The notes under the pieces: generated by a model | Seen by the model: only the letters and a program-made list of their open reading frames with translations | Databases searched by the model: none | Told to the model about the DNA's origin: nothing | Shown: positions 9,479 to 18,932 of the stretch, piece after piece | How the letters are laid out: the number at the start of each line of letters is the position of its first letter | How positions within the stretch are numbered: the stretch's first letter is position 1 | Position numbers and translations under genes: made by a program | NCBI GenBank assembly: GCA_964615185.1 | Contig: CAZTOS010000001.1 | Location: 26,479 to 84,362 of the forward strand | Direction of reading: 5' to 3' | From: an uncultured Thermococci archaeon | GTDB taxonomy: Archaea; Methanobacteriota_B; Thermococci; Thermococcales; Thermococcaceae | DNA: 57,884 nt

Positions 9479-11722
9479 ATGAAGTTTCAGTTCAGTTTTA
9501 AAGAATATGATCCAGAGATAGAAGCAGTTTATGGGACAATACTAACTTTGGGGAATGGATATATCGGAATCAGAGGAGAGATAGAGCTTGAGCCAACAAT
9601 TCATGGCACAACCATAGCCGGAGTTTATGATTATACCCCATATTTCTATCGTGAAATTGTGAATGCTCCCCGAGTTATTGGTCTTCAGATTTTCTTCAAT
9701 GGAGAACCAATCTCCCTCAGCACCCAAAAACTTCTGAAATATGAGAGAGAACTGGACATTGAAAATGCAACTCTGACAACTAAGATAGATCTCAAAACAC
9801 AGAACAACGGACGAATTCAATATGAAAGCCTTAGGCTTGTGCATGGAAAGAAAAAGAGTTTAATTCTTCTAAAATTCAGGATAAAAGTCAACGAAGATGG
9901 CATACTGACAGTAATAAACCCCATTAAGACTAATGTTGTGAATCCATCATATAGGGATGAAATAATGGTGAAACACCTCAAGGTTAAAGACATGGAAGAT
10001 GGGGAAGAAGGGATTTATGCTGAAGTTGAGACTCTTGATGGAAAATATAGAATTGGTATAGCAAGCTCCTTAGTGAGTGAAAATAAGGCTAAAAGAGTCG
10101 TTGTTAAATCTACAAACGGAATCGCTGAAGTCTTAACACTTACCGTTAAGAAAAACGAGACATATGAATTCATCAAATATATTGTTGTTCTTTCCTCTGA
10201 AACTTCCAATTTAAAGGAAAGTGTCTCTCAACAACTCCAAGAAGCCAAGTCTTTGGGTTTTAACAAACTTTACAATGAACACAAAAAATATTGGAATGAA
10301 ATTTGGAAGAGAGCAAAAATTGAAATTGAAGGCGACAAAGAGGCTGAAAAAGGTTTAAACTTTAGTATTTTCCATTTGGTCCAGTCAATGCCCATAGATA
10401 GTAGAATTTCTTTAACGGCAAAAGGAATTCATGGATTTGGATACAGGGGACATGTCTTCTGGGATACTGAGATATATGCTCTACCGTTCTTTATGGCGGT
10501 CTTTCCTAAAAAAGCCAGAGAAATGCTGATGTACAGATATAACAACCTAAATGCAGCAAGAGAGAATGCAAAGCTAAATGGATATAAGGGAGCACAGTTC
10601 CCTTGGGAATCCGCTGATGATGGGTATGAAGCAACACCATCGCTTATACCCCTCGATATGACAGGTAAAAAGGTCATCAGGATTTACACAGGCGAAGAAG
10701 AACACCATATAACAGCTGACATAGCGTATGCAGTAGAGTTATATTATAAACTCACAGGTGATGAAGAGTTTATGTCCAAATATGGTCTTGAGATTATTTT
10801 GGAAACAGCAAGATTCTGGGCAAGTAGGGTTAAGTATGATGAGAAAAAAGGTTATGTTATTGAGAAAGTTATTGGACCAGATGAGTATCACGAGCATGTA
10901 GATAATAGCTTTTTCACAAACTTAATGGCAAAATATAACCTCATTTTAGCTGCTAAATATTTTGAAATTGCTAAAAACTCTGGTGGGGAATGGGGCAAAA
11001 CGTTAAAGAGAGTCAATGTAACTGAAGGGGAAGTACAAAAATGGCTTGAGATTGCAGAGAAAATTTACATACCAAAAAAAGAAAATGGGGTATTTGAACA
11101 GTTCGATGGTTACTTTGAGTTAATTGACCACATTCTTGATCCATATGGACTTGGAGAAGAAAGGCTCCCAAGAGAGATAAGAGAAAACTTAGGAAAAACA
11201 AGAATAATAAAACAAGCTGACGTAGTGGCAGCTCAATATCTGCTTAAAGAACAATTCGACCTTGAGACTATAAGGAAGAACTTTGACTATTACATAATTA
11301 GAACAACACATGCCTCATCACTTTCAATGCCACCATATGCCATAGTTGCTTCCTGGCTTGGTTACGAGGAATTGGCTTATGATTACTTCATGAAATGTGC
11401 CTTCATAGACCTCCATAATCTTTACGGAAATACCAAAGATGGGTTCCATCTGGCAACCGCTGGGGGGGTATGGCAGATAATTTTCAGAGGTTTCTGTGGG
11501 ATAGACATACACAATGGGGAGATAGAGATTAATCCCAAACTGCCAAAGAAGTGGAAAGCCATAAGACTGAAGTTTTTCTTTAGAGGATCACTGTTAAAAT
11601 TAGAGGTCAGAAATGATATCATAAAAGTTGAGCTTCTTCAAGGTGGAGACGTTAAAATTCGAGCTTTCAATAAGGAGTTCATAGTTAAGCAAGGGGATAA
11701 AATAGTTATCTCAAATAATTAA
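9479..11722 (+). CDS. GH65 disaccharide phosphorylase (kojibiose-phosphorylase-like)
   Basis: LGNGYIGIRG, GYRGHVFWDTE, GAQFPWES, EHHITADIAYA, GPDEYHE, IKQADV, TTHASSLS. Confidence 0.93.
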   Translation: MKFQFSFKEYDPEIEAVYGTILTLGNGYIGIRGEIELEPTIHGTTIAGVYDYTPYFYREIVNAPRVIGLQIFFNGEPISLSTQKLLKYERELDIENATLTTKIDLKTQNNGRIQYESLRLVHGKKKSLILLKFRIKVNEDGILTVINPIKTNVVNPSYRDEIMVKHLKVKDMEDGEEGIYAEVETLDGKYRIGIASSLVSENKAKRVVVKSTNGIAEVLTLTVKKNETYEFIKYIVVLSSETSNLKESVSQQLQEAKSLGFNKLYNEHKKYWNEIWKRAKIEIEGDKEAEKGLNFSIFHLVQSMPIDSRISLTAKGIHGFGYRGHVFWDTEIYALPFFMAVFPKKAREMLMYRYNNLNAARENAKLNGYKGAQFPWESADDGYEATPSLIPLDMTGKKVIRIYTGEEEHHITADIAYAVELYYKLTGDEEFMSKYGLEIILETARFWASRVKYDEKKGYVIEKVIGPDEYHEHVDNSFFTNLMAKYNLILAAKYFEIAKNSGGEWGKTLKRVNVTEGEVQKWLEIAEKIYIPKKENGVFEQFDGYFELIDHILDPYGLGEERLPREIRENLGKTRIIKQADVVAAQYLLKEQFDLETIRKNFDYYIIRTTHASSLSMPPYAIVASWLGYEELAYDYFMKCAFIDLHNLYGNTKDGFHLATAGGVWQIIFRGFCGIDIHNGEIEINPKLPKKWKAIRLKFFFRGSLLKLEVRNDIIKVELLQGGDVKIRAFNKEFIVKQGDKIVISNN

Positions 11723-11812
11723 ACTCATTTCTGTATTTCTTTTTTATGGGATAATAATATAAAACTTTAACACACAAAAGGCAGTGAAATAAAATTATGG
11801 GATGGTGAAGTG

Positions 11813-13753
11813 ATGTCCAAAGTTGTATTGGCATTTAATGGAGCATTTGTGCTCTCCGATGAAAAAGGAAACATGAATAAGCAGTATCATGGCTTTTATG
11901 CCTTTGATACAAGATTTGTGAAGGATATCTCTCTTATAATCAACAAAGAGAGACTTTTGGAACATATTAAACTGGATTATAGGACTTCAATATCACATAT
12001 ACTCATAAAAGATTCAGTGCTTTTAACGAGAAAACGAAAATTGCTGAAGAGTGGGGGATACAAAGAAGAGTTAACCTTCTACAACATGTCCAAAGAACAT
12101 GCAAAATTGAATCTCCAATATATTTTCAAAATTCCCTTTGAGGATATATTTGAGGTTAGAAGAAGCCACAAACCCGTTGAAAGGAAAGTCACCAAAGAGC
12201 AAATTCCAAATGGGGTTAAATACACCTACATTGGCATTGATAGAATAAAGAGAGAGCTTGAAATTAAAACTGAGGGATTTAAGTTTACGGGCAATCACCT
12301 CACAGCAGAAATTTCTTTAAAACCCTTGGAAAAGAGAACAATCAGTGTTGAATTCTCCCCCAGAATCTACATAAAAAATCCTCCTTTTTTAATTAAGGAA
12401 GACCTCGATCTTAAGCTTGAGGAAATAGTTATTACAAACAATGCCAAGGTAAACAACATTTTTAAAAGTGCGCTGAGAGATTTAGCTTCTTTAACAGTGT
12501 CAACCAATCACGGATTAACAGTTTTTGCTGGAATTCCCTACTTCATGTGTCTTTTTGGAAGAGATAGCATAATAACATCTTTATTTCTCCTGCCATACTT
12601 TCCAGAATATGCCAAAGGAACCTTAAAAATTCTATCGAAACTCCAAGGAGAAAAATTCAATGAAAAGACGCTTGAAGAACCTGGCAAAATTCCCCACGAA
12701 TATAGATTTGGAGAGCTCTCCCAAGCCAGCTTAATGCCTTTTGCCCCTTATTACGGAACCATAGATGCAACCCCTCTATATTTGATTTTGGCCGGTGAGT
12801 ATGTTAAATGGACAGGAGACTACAAAACGATAAGAGGACTTAAAGACACCCTAAATAGGGCACTTAAATGGGTTTTCATGAAACTTGACGAGGGAGATGG
12901 ATACATAAGGTACTTTCAAGCATCTCCCTACGTTCCAATGAACCAAGGATGGAAAGACTCAAAAGATGGCATTCCAGACGAATATGGAGAACCAACAAAA
13001 CCTCCAATTGCATTGGTTGAAGTTCAGGGTTATGTATATAAAGCTCTTTTAGATATGACAGAGCTTTCAGATATCTTAGAGTTTGAGGAATCAACCCTAA
13101 GAGAAGAAGCCAAAAAGCTAAGAAGGAAATTTAATAGGGATTTCTGGATGAAGAAAGAGAAATTTTATGCAATTGCCCTAAATGGAGACAACAAACCTTC
13201 AAAAGTAATTTCTTCCAATCCTGGTCATCTGCTTTTTACAGGCATTGCAGAGCATGAAAAAGAAATTGCTGAAAGGCTGTTTGAAAAAGATATGTTCTCT
13301 GGCTGGGGAATCAGGACTTTAAGTTCAAGAGAAAAAGCCTACAATCCTTTCAGCTACCACAACGGCAGCGTTTGGGCTCATGATAATGCTTTCATAGCTT
13401 TAGGATTGGCAAAGATCGGGCAAACTGAAAAGGCTGCATTTCTGGCTGACAGAATTTTGAAGGCTGTGGCTTTAATGGGCTATCAGTTGCCAGAGCTTTT
13501 TAGCGGAGTTGAAAGTGATGTCCCAATTCCTATTCCACGGGCAAATGTTCCTCAGGCATGGAGTGCCGCAAGCCCATTTGCATTCTTAACGGCCATGCTT
13601 GGACTTACTCCAGAGGGAATATCAACAAATCCACAACTCCCAAAGGATTTCGAAAGAGTAGAAATAAAGATGATAACTATTGGAGGAACAAAATACAGAA
13701 TAGCCATTGAAAAGAAAGATGAACAGATTAAAGTTGATACTAAACAAAAGTAA
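11813..13753 (+). CDS. Amylo-alpha-1,6-glucosidase / glycogen-debranching-like (alpha/alpha)6 glycosidase
   Basis: AGIPYFMCLFGRD, EEPGKIPHE, YYGTIDATPL, NQGWKDS, SYHNGSVWAHD, PELF, PQAWS. Confidence 0.88.
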   Translation: MSKVVLAFNGAFVLSDEKGNMNKQYHGFYAFDTRFVKDISLIINKERLLEHIKLDYRTSISHILIKDSVLLTRKRKLLKSGGYKEELTFYNMSKEHAKLNLQYIFKIPFEDIFEVRRSHKPVERKVTKEQIPNGVKYTYIGIDRIKRELEIKTEGFKFTGNHLTAEISLKPLEKRTISVEFSPRIYIKNPPFLIKEDLDLKLEEIVITNNAKVNNIFKSALRDLASLTVSTNHGLTVFAGIPYFMCLFGRDSIITSLFLLPYFPEYAKGTLKILSKLQGEKFNEKTLEEPGKIPHEYRFGELSQASLMPFAPYYGTIDATPLYLILAGEYVKWTGDYKTIRGLKDTLNRALKWVFMKLDEGDGYIRYFQASPYVPMNQGWKDSKDGIPDEYGEPTKPPIALVEVQGYVYKALLDMTELSDILEFEESTLREEAKKLRRKFNRDFWMKKEKFYAIALNGDNKPSKVISSNPGHLLFTGIAEHEKEIAERLFEKDMFSGWGIRTLSSREKAYNPFSYHNGSVWAHDNAFIALGLAKIGQTEKAAFLADRILKAVALMGYQLPELFSGVESDVPIPIPRANVPQAWSAASPFAFLTAMLGLTPEGISTNPQLPKDFERVEIKMITIGGTKYRIAIEKKDEQIKVDTKQK

Positions 13754-13758
13754 TTAAA

Positions 13759-13816
13759 GGGCTCAGAGGGTGTTCACGTCATCATTACTCAGCATGCTTG
13801 CTATTCGTCATCGCCT
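13759..13816 (-). ncRNA. C/D-box methylation guide sRNA
   Basis: Minus strand reads ATGACGA(C)-atagcaagcatg-CTGA(D')-gta-ATGATGA(C')-cgtgaacaccct-CTGA(D), with two 12-nt guides. Confidence 0.88.
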
Positions 13817-13855
13817 ACTGGTTTAATTAAGCATGCATCTTAAGTATTTTTGGGT

Positions 13856-15670
13856 TTATCTTCTTTTGACAGTTAGATACAGAATAAGGACTGAGGATAT
13901 TAAAATTACTCCCCAAGGAATTGGGGCTTTTTTGGAGGTTGTAGTGGCTTCTGGAGTTATCAAAGGTTCGCCTTTTATAAAAGTACATGATCTTAAAGTG
14001 TTATCATCAGGGACATAAGCATAGACATCCATGTATTCTTTTACATTATCTAACGAGAATACCACCCAATCATCTCTTAGGGGAAACTGCACATAGAGTA
14101 TCACTGCTTCAACACCTCTATACTCCTGATGTCTGACCATTAATGTATGCCATCCTTCAGAGAGGTATATTTTGTCAGAGATTTCTTTATCTCTTATTTG
14201 CCATGTATCTGGTGTTCCCCCATGAATAGCATGACCACCATACCAGTGGGCTACTATCTCTCCATCAAGTAAAACGTCTACGGCATCATCTCCATTAATT
14301 GCGAATCGATATTCTCCTGGAACCTTAACTTTTAGTAGGGCTTCATAATGAAAGCTGACGTTATCTTCACTACTACTGTACCAGTAAATCCTATCCACAA
14401 TCCTGACCTTTTTAATTTCACTACACTCATAATGGTCTTCCCATTCATCTGGACTGTATGCATACCCACTTTGCTTACCAGCATACTCAATGAATAGTAT
14501 TCCGGGGAGTAACAAATCTTTTGGAGGAGTATAAGTTGTTGTTATCTGAGCAAAGTTACAGCTCTTAAGGTAATTCTCATCCCTAACAGGCACGTATAAC
14601 ATGCCCTTTCCTTGAAGATTGTCAATAGTTAGCTTTTTCCATTCACTATCACCGGGTGCCCTGAAATAAACAATTACCCCATCAGCCCCTCTGTACTCTT
14701 GATGTCTAACGATTATTGTGTGATTTCCTTTTGTTAGGTATACTATTCCGGTATGGTCTTGACAATTACAGAAGGCATGTCCACCATACCAATCAACGAC
14801 TATTTTGTCGTCAATAATTAAGTCAACTGCATCATCTCCATCAATTGCGAAATACCATGTACCTTCCTTATCAACTTCAAGGATCGCTTCAAGATACGTG
14901 GTGTACTCATCGCCCCTGTTTCCGGGCGACAGTACAAATCCATTTAAAATACCCCTTTCAAGAATATTATCACAATCAAAGAAATCACTCCAATCCGAAG
15001 GTACATTAACATAGTTCGGAGAGCGTGAGGAGAATTGAACATAAAGAACACCGGGTATTCCTTCTCTATCGGGGATATAAAACTGGGTTATTTCCACAGC
15101 ATTTTGACATGTAGAAGCCGCATCAACATTCGCTCTTGCATAGAGCTTTGCTTTTCCGACCAAGTTTTGACTTGAGAAGATCTTCCATTCAGAATCACTT
15201 GGAGATTTAAAGTAAAGAACTACCCCATCGCCTCCAGTTTTTTCTTGCATCCTCACAATTAGCGTATGGTTCCCTGGTGTTAGATATATGAGTCCGCTAT
15301 GATCCTGACAATTACAGAAGGCATGTCCACCATACCAGCTGGCTACAATTTTTCCATCTATAACCAGATCCGAGGCATCATCACTGTCTATAGCAAACTG
15401 CCAGAGTCCCCCTTCCAGAACTTCCGTTGTAACCTCATAATATGCCGCATAGTCTTCTCTCCAATTTCCTTTAAATGATATTGAATCAACATAATTAACT
15501 TCAAGAGGTTGGTTACATTTAAATGTTGCACTCCACTCAAAGGGATTTGTTGTGTATATGTGTTCCCCTTCATACCTAATTAGCAAAATTTTATTTGGAA
15601 CACTCCCACTCATAAGCTGAAATAGAGGGATTAAAAGAATCATCAAAACAACAATAACAAGCCGTCTCAT
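13856..15670 (-). CDS. Secreted/surface protein with three PA14-like domains and a PIP-TM-basic C-terminal sorting-like tail
   Basis: Signal peptide; three repeats of FAI(D/N)xDDAxD..IDG..V..WYGGH; C-terminus KKAPIPWGVILISSVLILYLTVKRR. Confidence 0.85.
   Translation of the reverse strand: MRRLVIVVLMILLIPLFQLMSGSVPNKILLIRYEGEHIYTTNPFEWSATFKCNQPLEVNYVDSISFKGNWREDYAAYYEVTTEVLEGGLWQFAIDSDDASDLVIDGKIVASWYGGHAFCNCQDHSGLIYLTPGNHTLIVRMQEKTGGDGVVLYFKSPSDSEWKIFSSQNLVGKAKLYARANVDAASTCQNAVEITQFYIPDREGIPGVLYVQFSSRSPNYVNVPSDWSDFFDCDNILERGILNGFVLSPGNRGDEYTTYLEAILEVDKEGTWYFAIDGDDAVDLIIDDKIVVDWYGGHAFCNCQDHTGIVYLTKGNHTIIVRHQEYRGADGVIVYFRAPGDSEWKKLTIDNLQGKGMLYVPVRDENYLKSCNFAQITTTYTPPKDLLLPGILFIEYAGKQSGYAYSPDEWEDHYECSEIKKVRIVDRIYWYSSSEDNVSFHYEALLKVKVPGEYRFAINGDDAVDVLLDGEIVAHWYGGHAIHGGTPDTWQIRDKEISDKIYLSEGWHTLMVRHQEYRGVEAVILYVQFPLRDDWVVFSLDNVKEYMDVYAYVPDDNTLRSCTFIKGEPLITPEATTTSKKAPIPWGVILISSVLILYLTVKRR
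14760..15337. repeat. Exact 32-bp intragenic direct repeat (14760-14791 and 15306-15337) between PA14 domains 1 and 2
   Basis: tgacaattacagaaggcatgtccaccatacca occurs twice and encodes WYGGHAFCNC(Q). Confidence 0.9.
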
Positions 15671-15826
15671 ACTCCTCCCCTTATAGTGTTTTGTCTATTT
15701 TAGTTTAAGGAATTAAATAAAGGTTTCTAAGCAAATAGCAATATTTACCCTTCAATTTTGAGTATCCATTAAACTTTTATGATGGAATGCTCAACTAATT
15801 ATGAAAACACTTCGTTGGTGATTGAA

Positions 15827-17023
15827 ATGATTCATGCATCTAAAAGAGCCATGGGTATTGAATACGCAATTAGGGATGTTGTTCTGCCAGCCAGGGAACT
15901 TGAGAAGCAGGGAATAAAAATAATCAAGCTCAACATTGGAGATCCAGTTAAGTTCGACTTTCAGCCACCCCAACACATGAAAGAAGCATATTGTAAGGCA
16001 ATTATGGAAGGACACAACTACTATGGAGAGAGTGAAGGCAGTATAGAGCTCAGAAAGGCAATAGTGGAGAGGGAAAAGAAGAAAAATGGCGTTGACATAA
16101 CTGTGGATGATGTAATGGTAACAGCAGCAGTTACAGAGGCGTTACAGTTCGTCTTTGGTGCTCTTGTTGAGCCTGGAGATGAAGTTTTAATTCCAGGGCC
16201 AAGCTATCCCCCATACGTAGCACTTGTAAAGTTTTATGATGGTGTCCCAAAAGCTTATCTTGGAATTGAAGAAGAAGGCTGGCAACCGGATATAGATAAC
16301 ATGAGGAAGAAGATAAGCGAAAAGACAAAGGCCATAGCCGTTATAAACCCAAATAATCCAACTGGAGCCTTGTATGATAAGAAGACGCTTAAAGAGATTC
16401 TCGACTTAGCTGGAGAATACGATATTCCCGTTATCAGCGATGAAATCTACGATTTAATGACCTATGAAGGGAAGCACGTTTCTCCAGGCTCCTTAACAAA
16501 AGATGTTCCGGTAATCGTAATGAACGGCCTCTCAAAGGTTTACTTTGCAACAGGGTGGAGATTGGGATACATGTACTTCGTTGACCCAGAGAACAAGCTT
16601 GCTGAAGTTAGGGAAGCTATAGGCAAGCTCGCAAGAATAAGGCTCTGTCCAAACACACCCGCCCAAAAGGCTGCCATCGCTGGTCTCACCGGCCCAATGG
16701 ATTACCTTGATGAATACATGAAAAAGCTCAAAGAGAGGAGGGACTACATCTACAAGAGGCTGAACGAAATTCCCGGCTTAAGTGCACAAAAACCAGAAGG
16801 AGCGTTTTACATCTTCCCACGCATTGAGGAAAGGAGCAAGTGGAAGAGCGACAGGGAATTCGTCCTTGACGTCCTCAGAAACGCTCACATCTTGGTGGTT
16901 CACGGTTCAGGGTTTGGAGAAGGTGGAGAGTGGCACTTCAGAGCTGTCTTCCTGCCGCCAGTTGAAATCCTTGAGCAGGCTATGGACAACTTAGAAAGAT
17001 TCATGAAAGAGAGGCTTGGCTGA
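15827..17023 (+). CDS. Alanine aminotransferase (class I/II PLP aminotransferase, Thermococcales AlaAT type)
   Basis: MIHASKRAMGIEYAIRDV N-terminus after a GGTGA RBS; INPNNPTG, SDEIY, GLSKVYFATGWRLG. Confidence 0.9.
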   Translation: MIHASKRAMGIEYAIRDVVLPARELEKQGIKIIKLNIGDPVKFDFQPPQHMKEAYCKAIMEGHNYYGESEGSIELRKAIVEREKKKNGVDITVDDVMVTAAVTEALQFVFGALVEPGDEVLIPGPSYPPYVALVKFYDGVPKAYLGIEEEGWQPDIDNMRKKISEKTKAIAVINPNNPTGALYDKKTLKEILDLAGEYDIPVISDEIYDLMTYEGKHVSPGSLTKDVPVIVMNGLSKVYFATGWRLGYMYFVDPENKLAEVREAIGKLARIRLCPNTPAQKAAIAGLTGPMDYLDEYMKKLKERRDYIYKRLNEIPGLSAQKPEGAFYIFPRIEERSKWKSDREFVLDVLRNAHILVVHGSGFGEGGEWHFRAVFLPPVEILEQAMDNLERFMKERLG

Positions 17024-17062
17024 TTTTTCTCTTTACCTTTTTGAACAGGAATCAGGCAAAAA

Positions 17063-17437
17063 TTATTTTTCCAAAATTTTCACCTTCAAGCCGTATTCCT
17101 TAAATCGCTCAAAGCCTCTATCGCATGTAATGAGCTCCATATTGTGGGCTATGGCCGTTGAGGCTATTAGGAGATCCTTAATGGGTGGCCTCTTGCCTTT
17201 CTTCAACATATCCCTAAAAATTTTTCCAGCCACTTTCGCTGACTCCTCGTCAAACTCAACCTTTGGCATCATCTCCATCATCAGCTCTTCTCGTTCCTTC
17301 AGGTGTCCACTGTACAGCTCAAATACAACTATTGTAGGGAGACTGTATGTGACATTATTCTGGTAAAGTTGCTCGATGACTTTCCTATTTCCTCCGAATA
17401 CCTCAATTACGACGCTGGTGTCCAAGAGTTTATCCAT
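17063..17437 (-). CDS. vapC: VapC PIN-domain toxin
   Basis: [30 protein letters not shown] acidic tetrad. Confidence 0.92.
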   Translation of the reverse strand: MDKLLDTSVVIEVFGGNRKVIEQLYQNNVTYSLPTIVVFELYSGHLKEREELMMEMMPKVEFDEESAKVAGKIFRDMLKKGKRPPIKDLLIASTAIAHNMELITCDRGFERFKEYGLKVKILEK

Positions 17438-17637
17438 TCCTCAACCTCCTTGAGCTCCTTTTTCAGCTCTTCGAGTTCTTCCTCAGTCCTTGTCCCAAAG
17501 GCAATCATAAGGATGTCGAAGTTGCCCTTCTTTTTCTTGCCAATCAGCTCCCTTAATAGTTCGGAAAAGCTCTTTTTACCCTTCATCTTAACGAGCTCAT
17601 AGTAAACATCATCTGCTATTGTTATCGTCTTTCCCAT
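17407..17637 (-). CDS. vapB: VapB-family antitoxin
   Basis: [41 protein letters not shown]; overlaps the vapC start. Confidence 0.9.
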   Translation of the reverse strand: MGKTITIADDVYYELVKMKGKKSFSELLRELIGKKKKGNFDILMIAFGTRTEEELEELKKELKEVEEWINSWTPAS

Positions 17638-17651
17638 AGGATCACCATTAT

Positions 17652-17669
17652 TCGTGTATGCATACATGA
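17652..17669. promoter_or_regulatory. Palindromic putative VapBC operator
   Basis: TC-G-TGTATGCATACA-T-GA between the TATA-like element and the RBS of vapB. Confidence 0.6.
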
Positions 17670-18208
17670 TATTTAAGGGTTTCTTATAGTCCTCATAACT
17701 GCACACTGTAGGTAACAGTTTTGATAACTTTGGTGCACATTTTTGAGAGTTGCCAAAAAGCAGAACGAACACCACGGACTGAAAGTGGAAGCAAGCTGGC
17801 GTTCAACACGCTACTCTCTGTAACCCACGGAAAACTACCGGATAAAGGGAAGATGTCGAAGCACTCATACTGAACCTCTTCCACCACAACCAAAGATGAG
17901 AATCACCGAGGAGGAAAATCGAAAACTTCGCGGCGTTGCTCATGGAGGGAAACCTGAGCGAGGAAGAAGCATCAAGGAAGGCTGAAGAGCTCAAGGGCTT
18001 TCTCTTGGAGTACATGAAGGAGAAGGCTTCAAGGAAGAGATGTTTATGATAAGCTGCTCAAAAATCTAAGCATGATGCCATCGCTTGAAAGCTGTGAAAA
18101 GCTGAGCCTCAGAAAGTTTGAAAAAACAAAAAGACTCCTCTTCAAATTAGGCATTCAGTACAATGTTTAAATACTCAAAATAGTAAATTTAGGTTCAGGA
18201 GTGAACCA

Positions 18209-18331
18209 TTGGCTCAGGGCAAAAATCCATTCAAGCTGAGAACGCTTACAAAGAAGAAAGAACTGCATGGAATAATCCCAGAACCACCACTGAGGGAGGC
18301 CGTCCTGAGGCTTGGGAGAGGTTTAGGATAA
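18209..18331 (+). pseudogene. Internally deleted remnant resembling an archaeal ATPase (ATPase_2-type) gene
   Basis: 40-aa ORF MAQGKNPFKLRTLTKKKELHG-IIPEPPLREAVLRLGRGLG after a GGAGTGA RBS; looks like the N- and C-termini fused. Confidence 0.35.
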
Positions 18332-18455
18332 TTTTTATTACGATTTATTCGTCAGAAAGAGGCAAAATATTCGGGTCGTTAAGGAAGGGTAACTGTGAAG
18401 ATGAATAACATCATAAAGCTTGTGAAAGAAGAAAGCGACATAATCTACTGGGAGT

Positions 18456-18659
18456 TTAACCCCCAGAAACCACCGGAATGACTTCTACATAATCGCCATC
18501 CTTAACTGGATCATCCTCTAAGGCTACTTTTCCATTCACCTTTGCTATCGCGCTCTCAGTGTTAAATCCAACAGCCCTCAGAACGTCAGCGACCCTCATG
18601 CCCTTCTGCCATTCAATCTCCTTCTCGATCTTCCTTCCGATGACCTTAACTTTTATCAT
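18456..18659 (-). CDS. Ubiquitin-like small archaeal modifier / sulfur carrier (MoaD/ThiS, SAMP-type)
   Basis: 67-aa beta-grasp-like sequence ending VIPVVSGG. Confidence 0.9.
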   Translation of the reverse strand: MIKVKVIGRKIEKEIEWQKGMRVADVLRAVGFNTESAIAKVNGKVALEDDPVKDGDYVEVIPVVSGG

Positions 18660-18720
18660 CGCCCCTCACCACATGAGCGTTGAAGTTTAGGTTTATAAAT
18701 TTCTGGGAGAATTAATTATT

Positions 18721-18776
18721 GCCGATGAGGAGAAGGCCCGGCACCGAAAGGTGAGGAGGGCCATCACTTCCGAGGC
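18721..18776 (+). ncRNA. C/D-box guide sRNA with non-canonical boxes
   Basis: gcc-g-ATGAGGA-gaaggcccggca-CCGA-aag-GTGAGGA-gggccatcactt-CCGA-ggc; 12-nt guides and a terminal GCC/GGC stem. Confidence 0.75.
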
Positions 18777-18819
18777 TTACCGAAAGCTTTTTAATTTACC
18801 CCTTCATCTTAGTGAATGA

Positions 18820-18907
18820 GCGGGGGTGCCCGAGCCTGGCCAAAGGGGGCGGACTTAAGATCCGTTGCCGGAGGGCTGCGCGGGTTCGAATCCCGTCCCC
18901 CGCACCA
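18820..18907 (+). tRNA. tRNA-Leu(TAA)
   Basis: GCGGGGG acceptor stem, anticodon loop CTTAAGA, long variable arm, GGTTCGAATCC, CCA. Confidence 0.96.
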
Positions 18908-18932
18908 TCATCAAGATCATGGAGGGATTATC

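Noticed and set aside
17638..17775. Extended VapB N-terminus (likewise the AlaAT, AbrB and threonine-synthase-like extensions)
   Set aside because: Internal ATGs match family N-termini and usually have an RBS; the extensions run through promoter DNA.
18816..18932. N-terminal extension of L40e in the ORF track
   Set aside because: It is read-through of the tRNA-Leu gene; the real start is ATG 18933 after GGAGGG.
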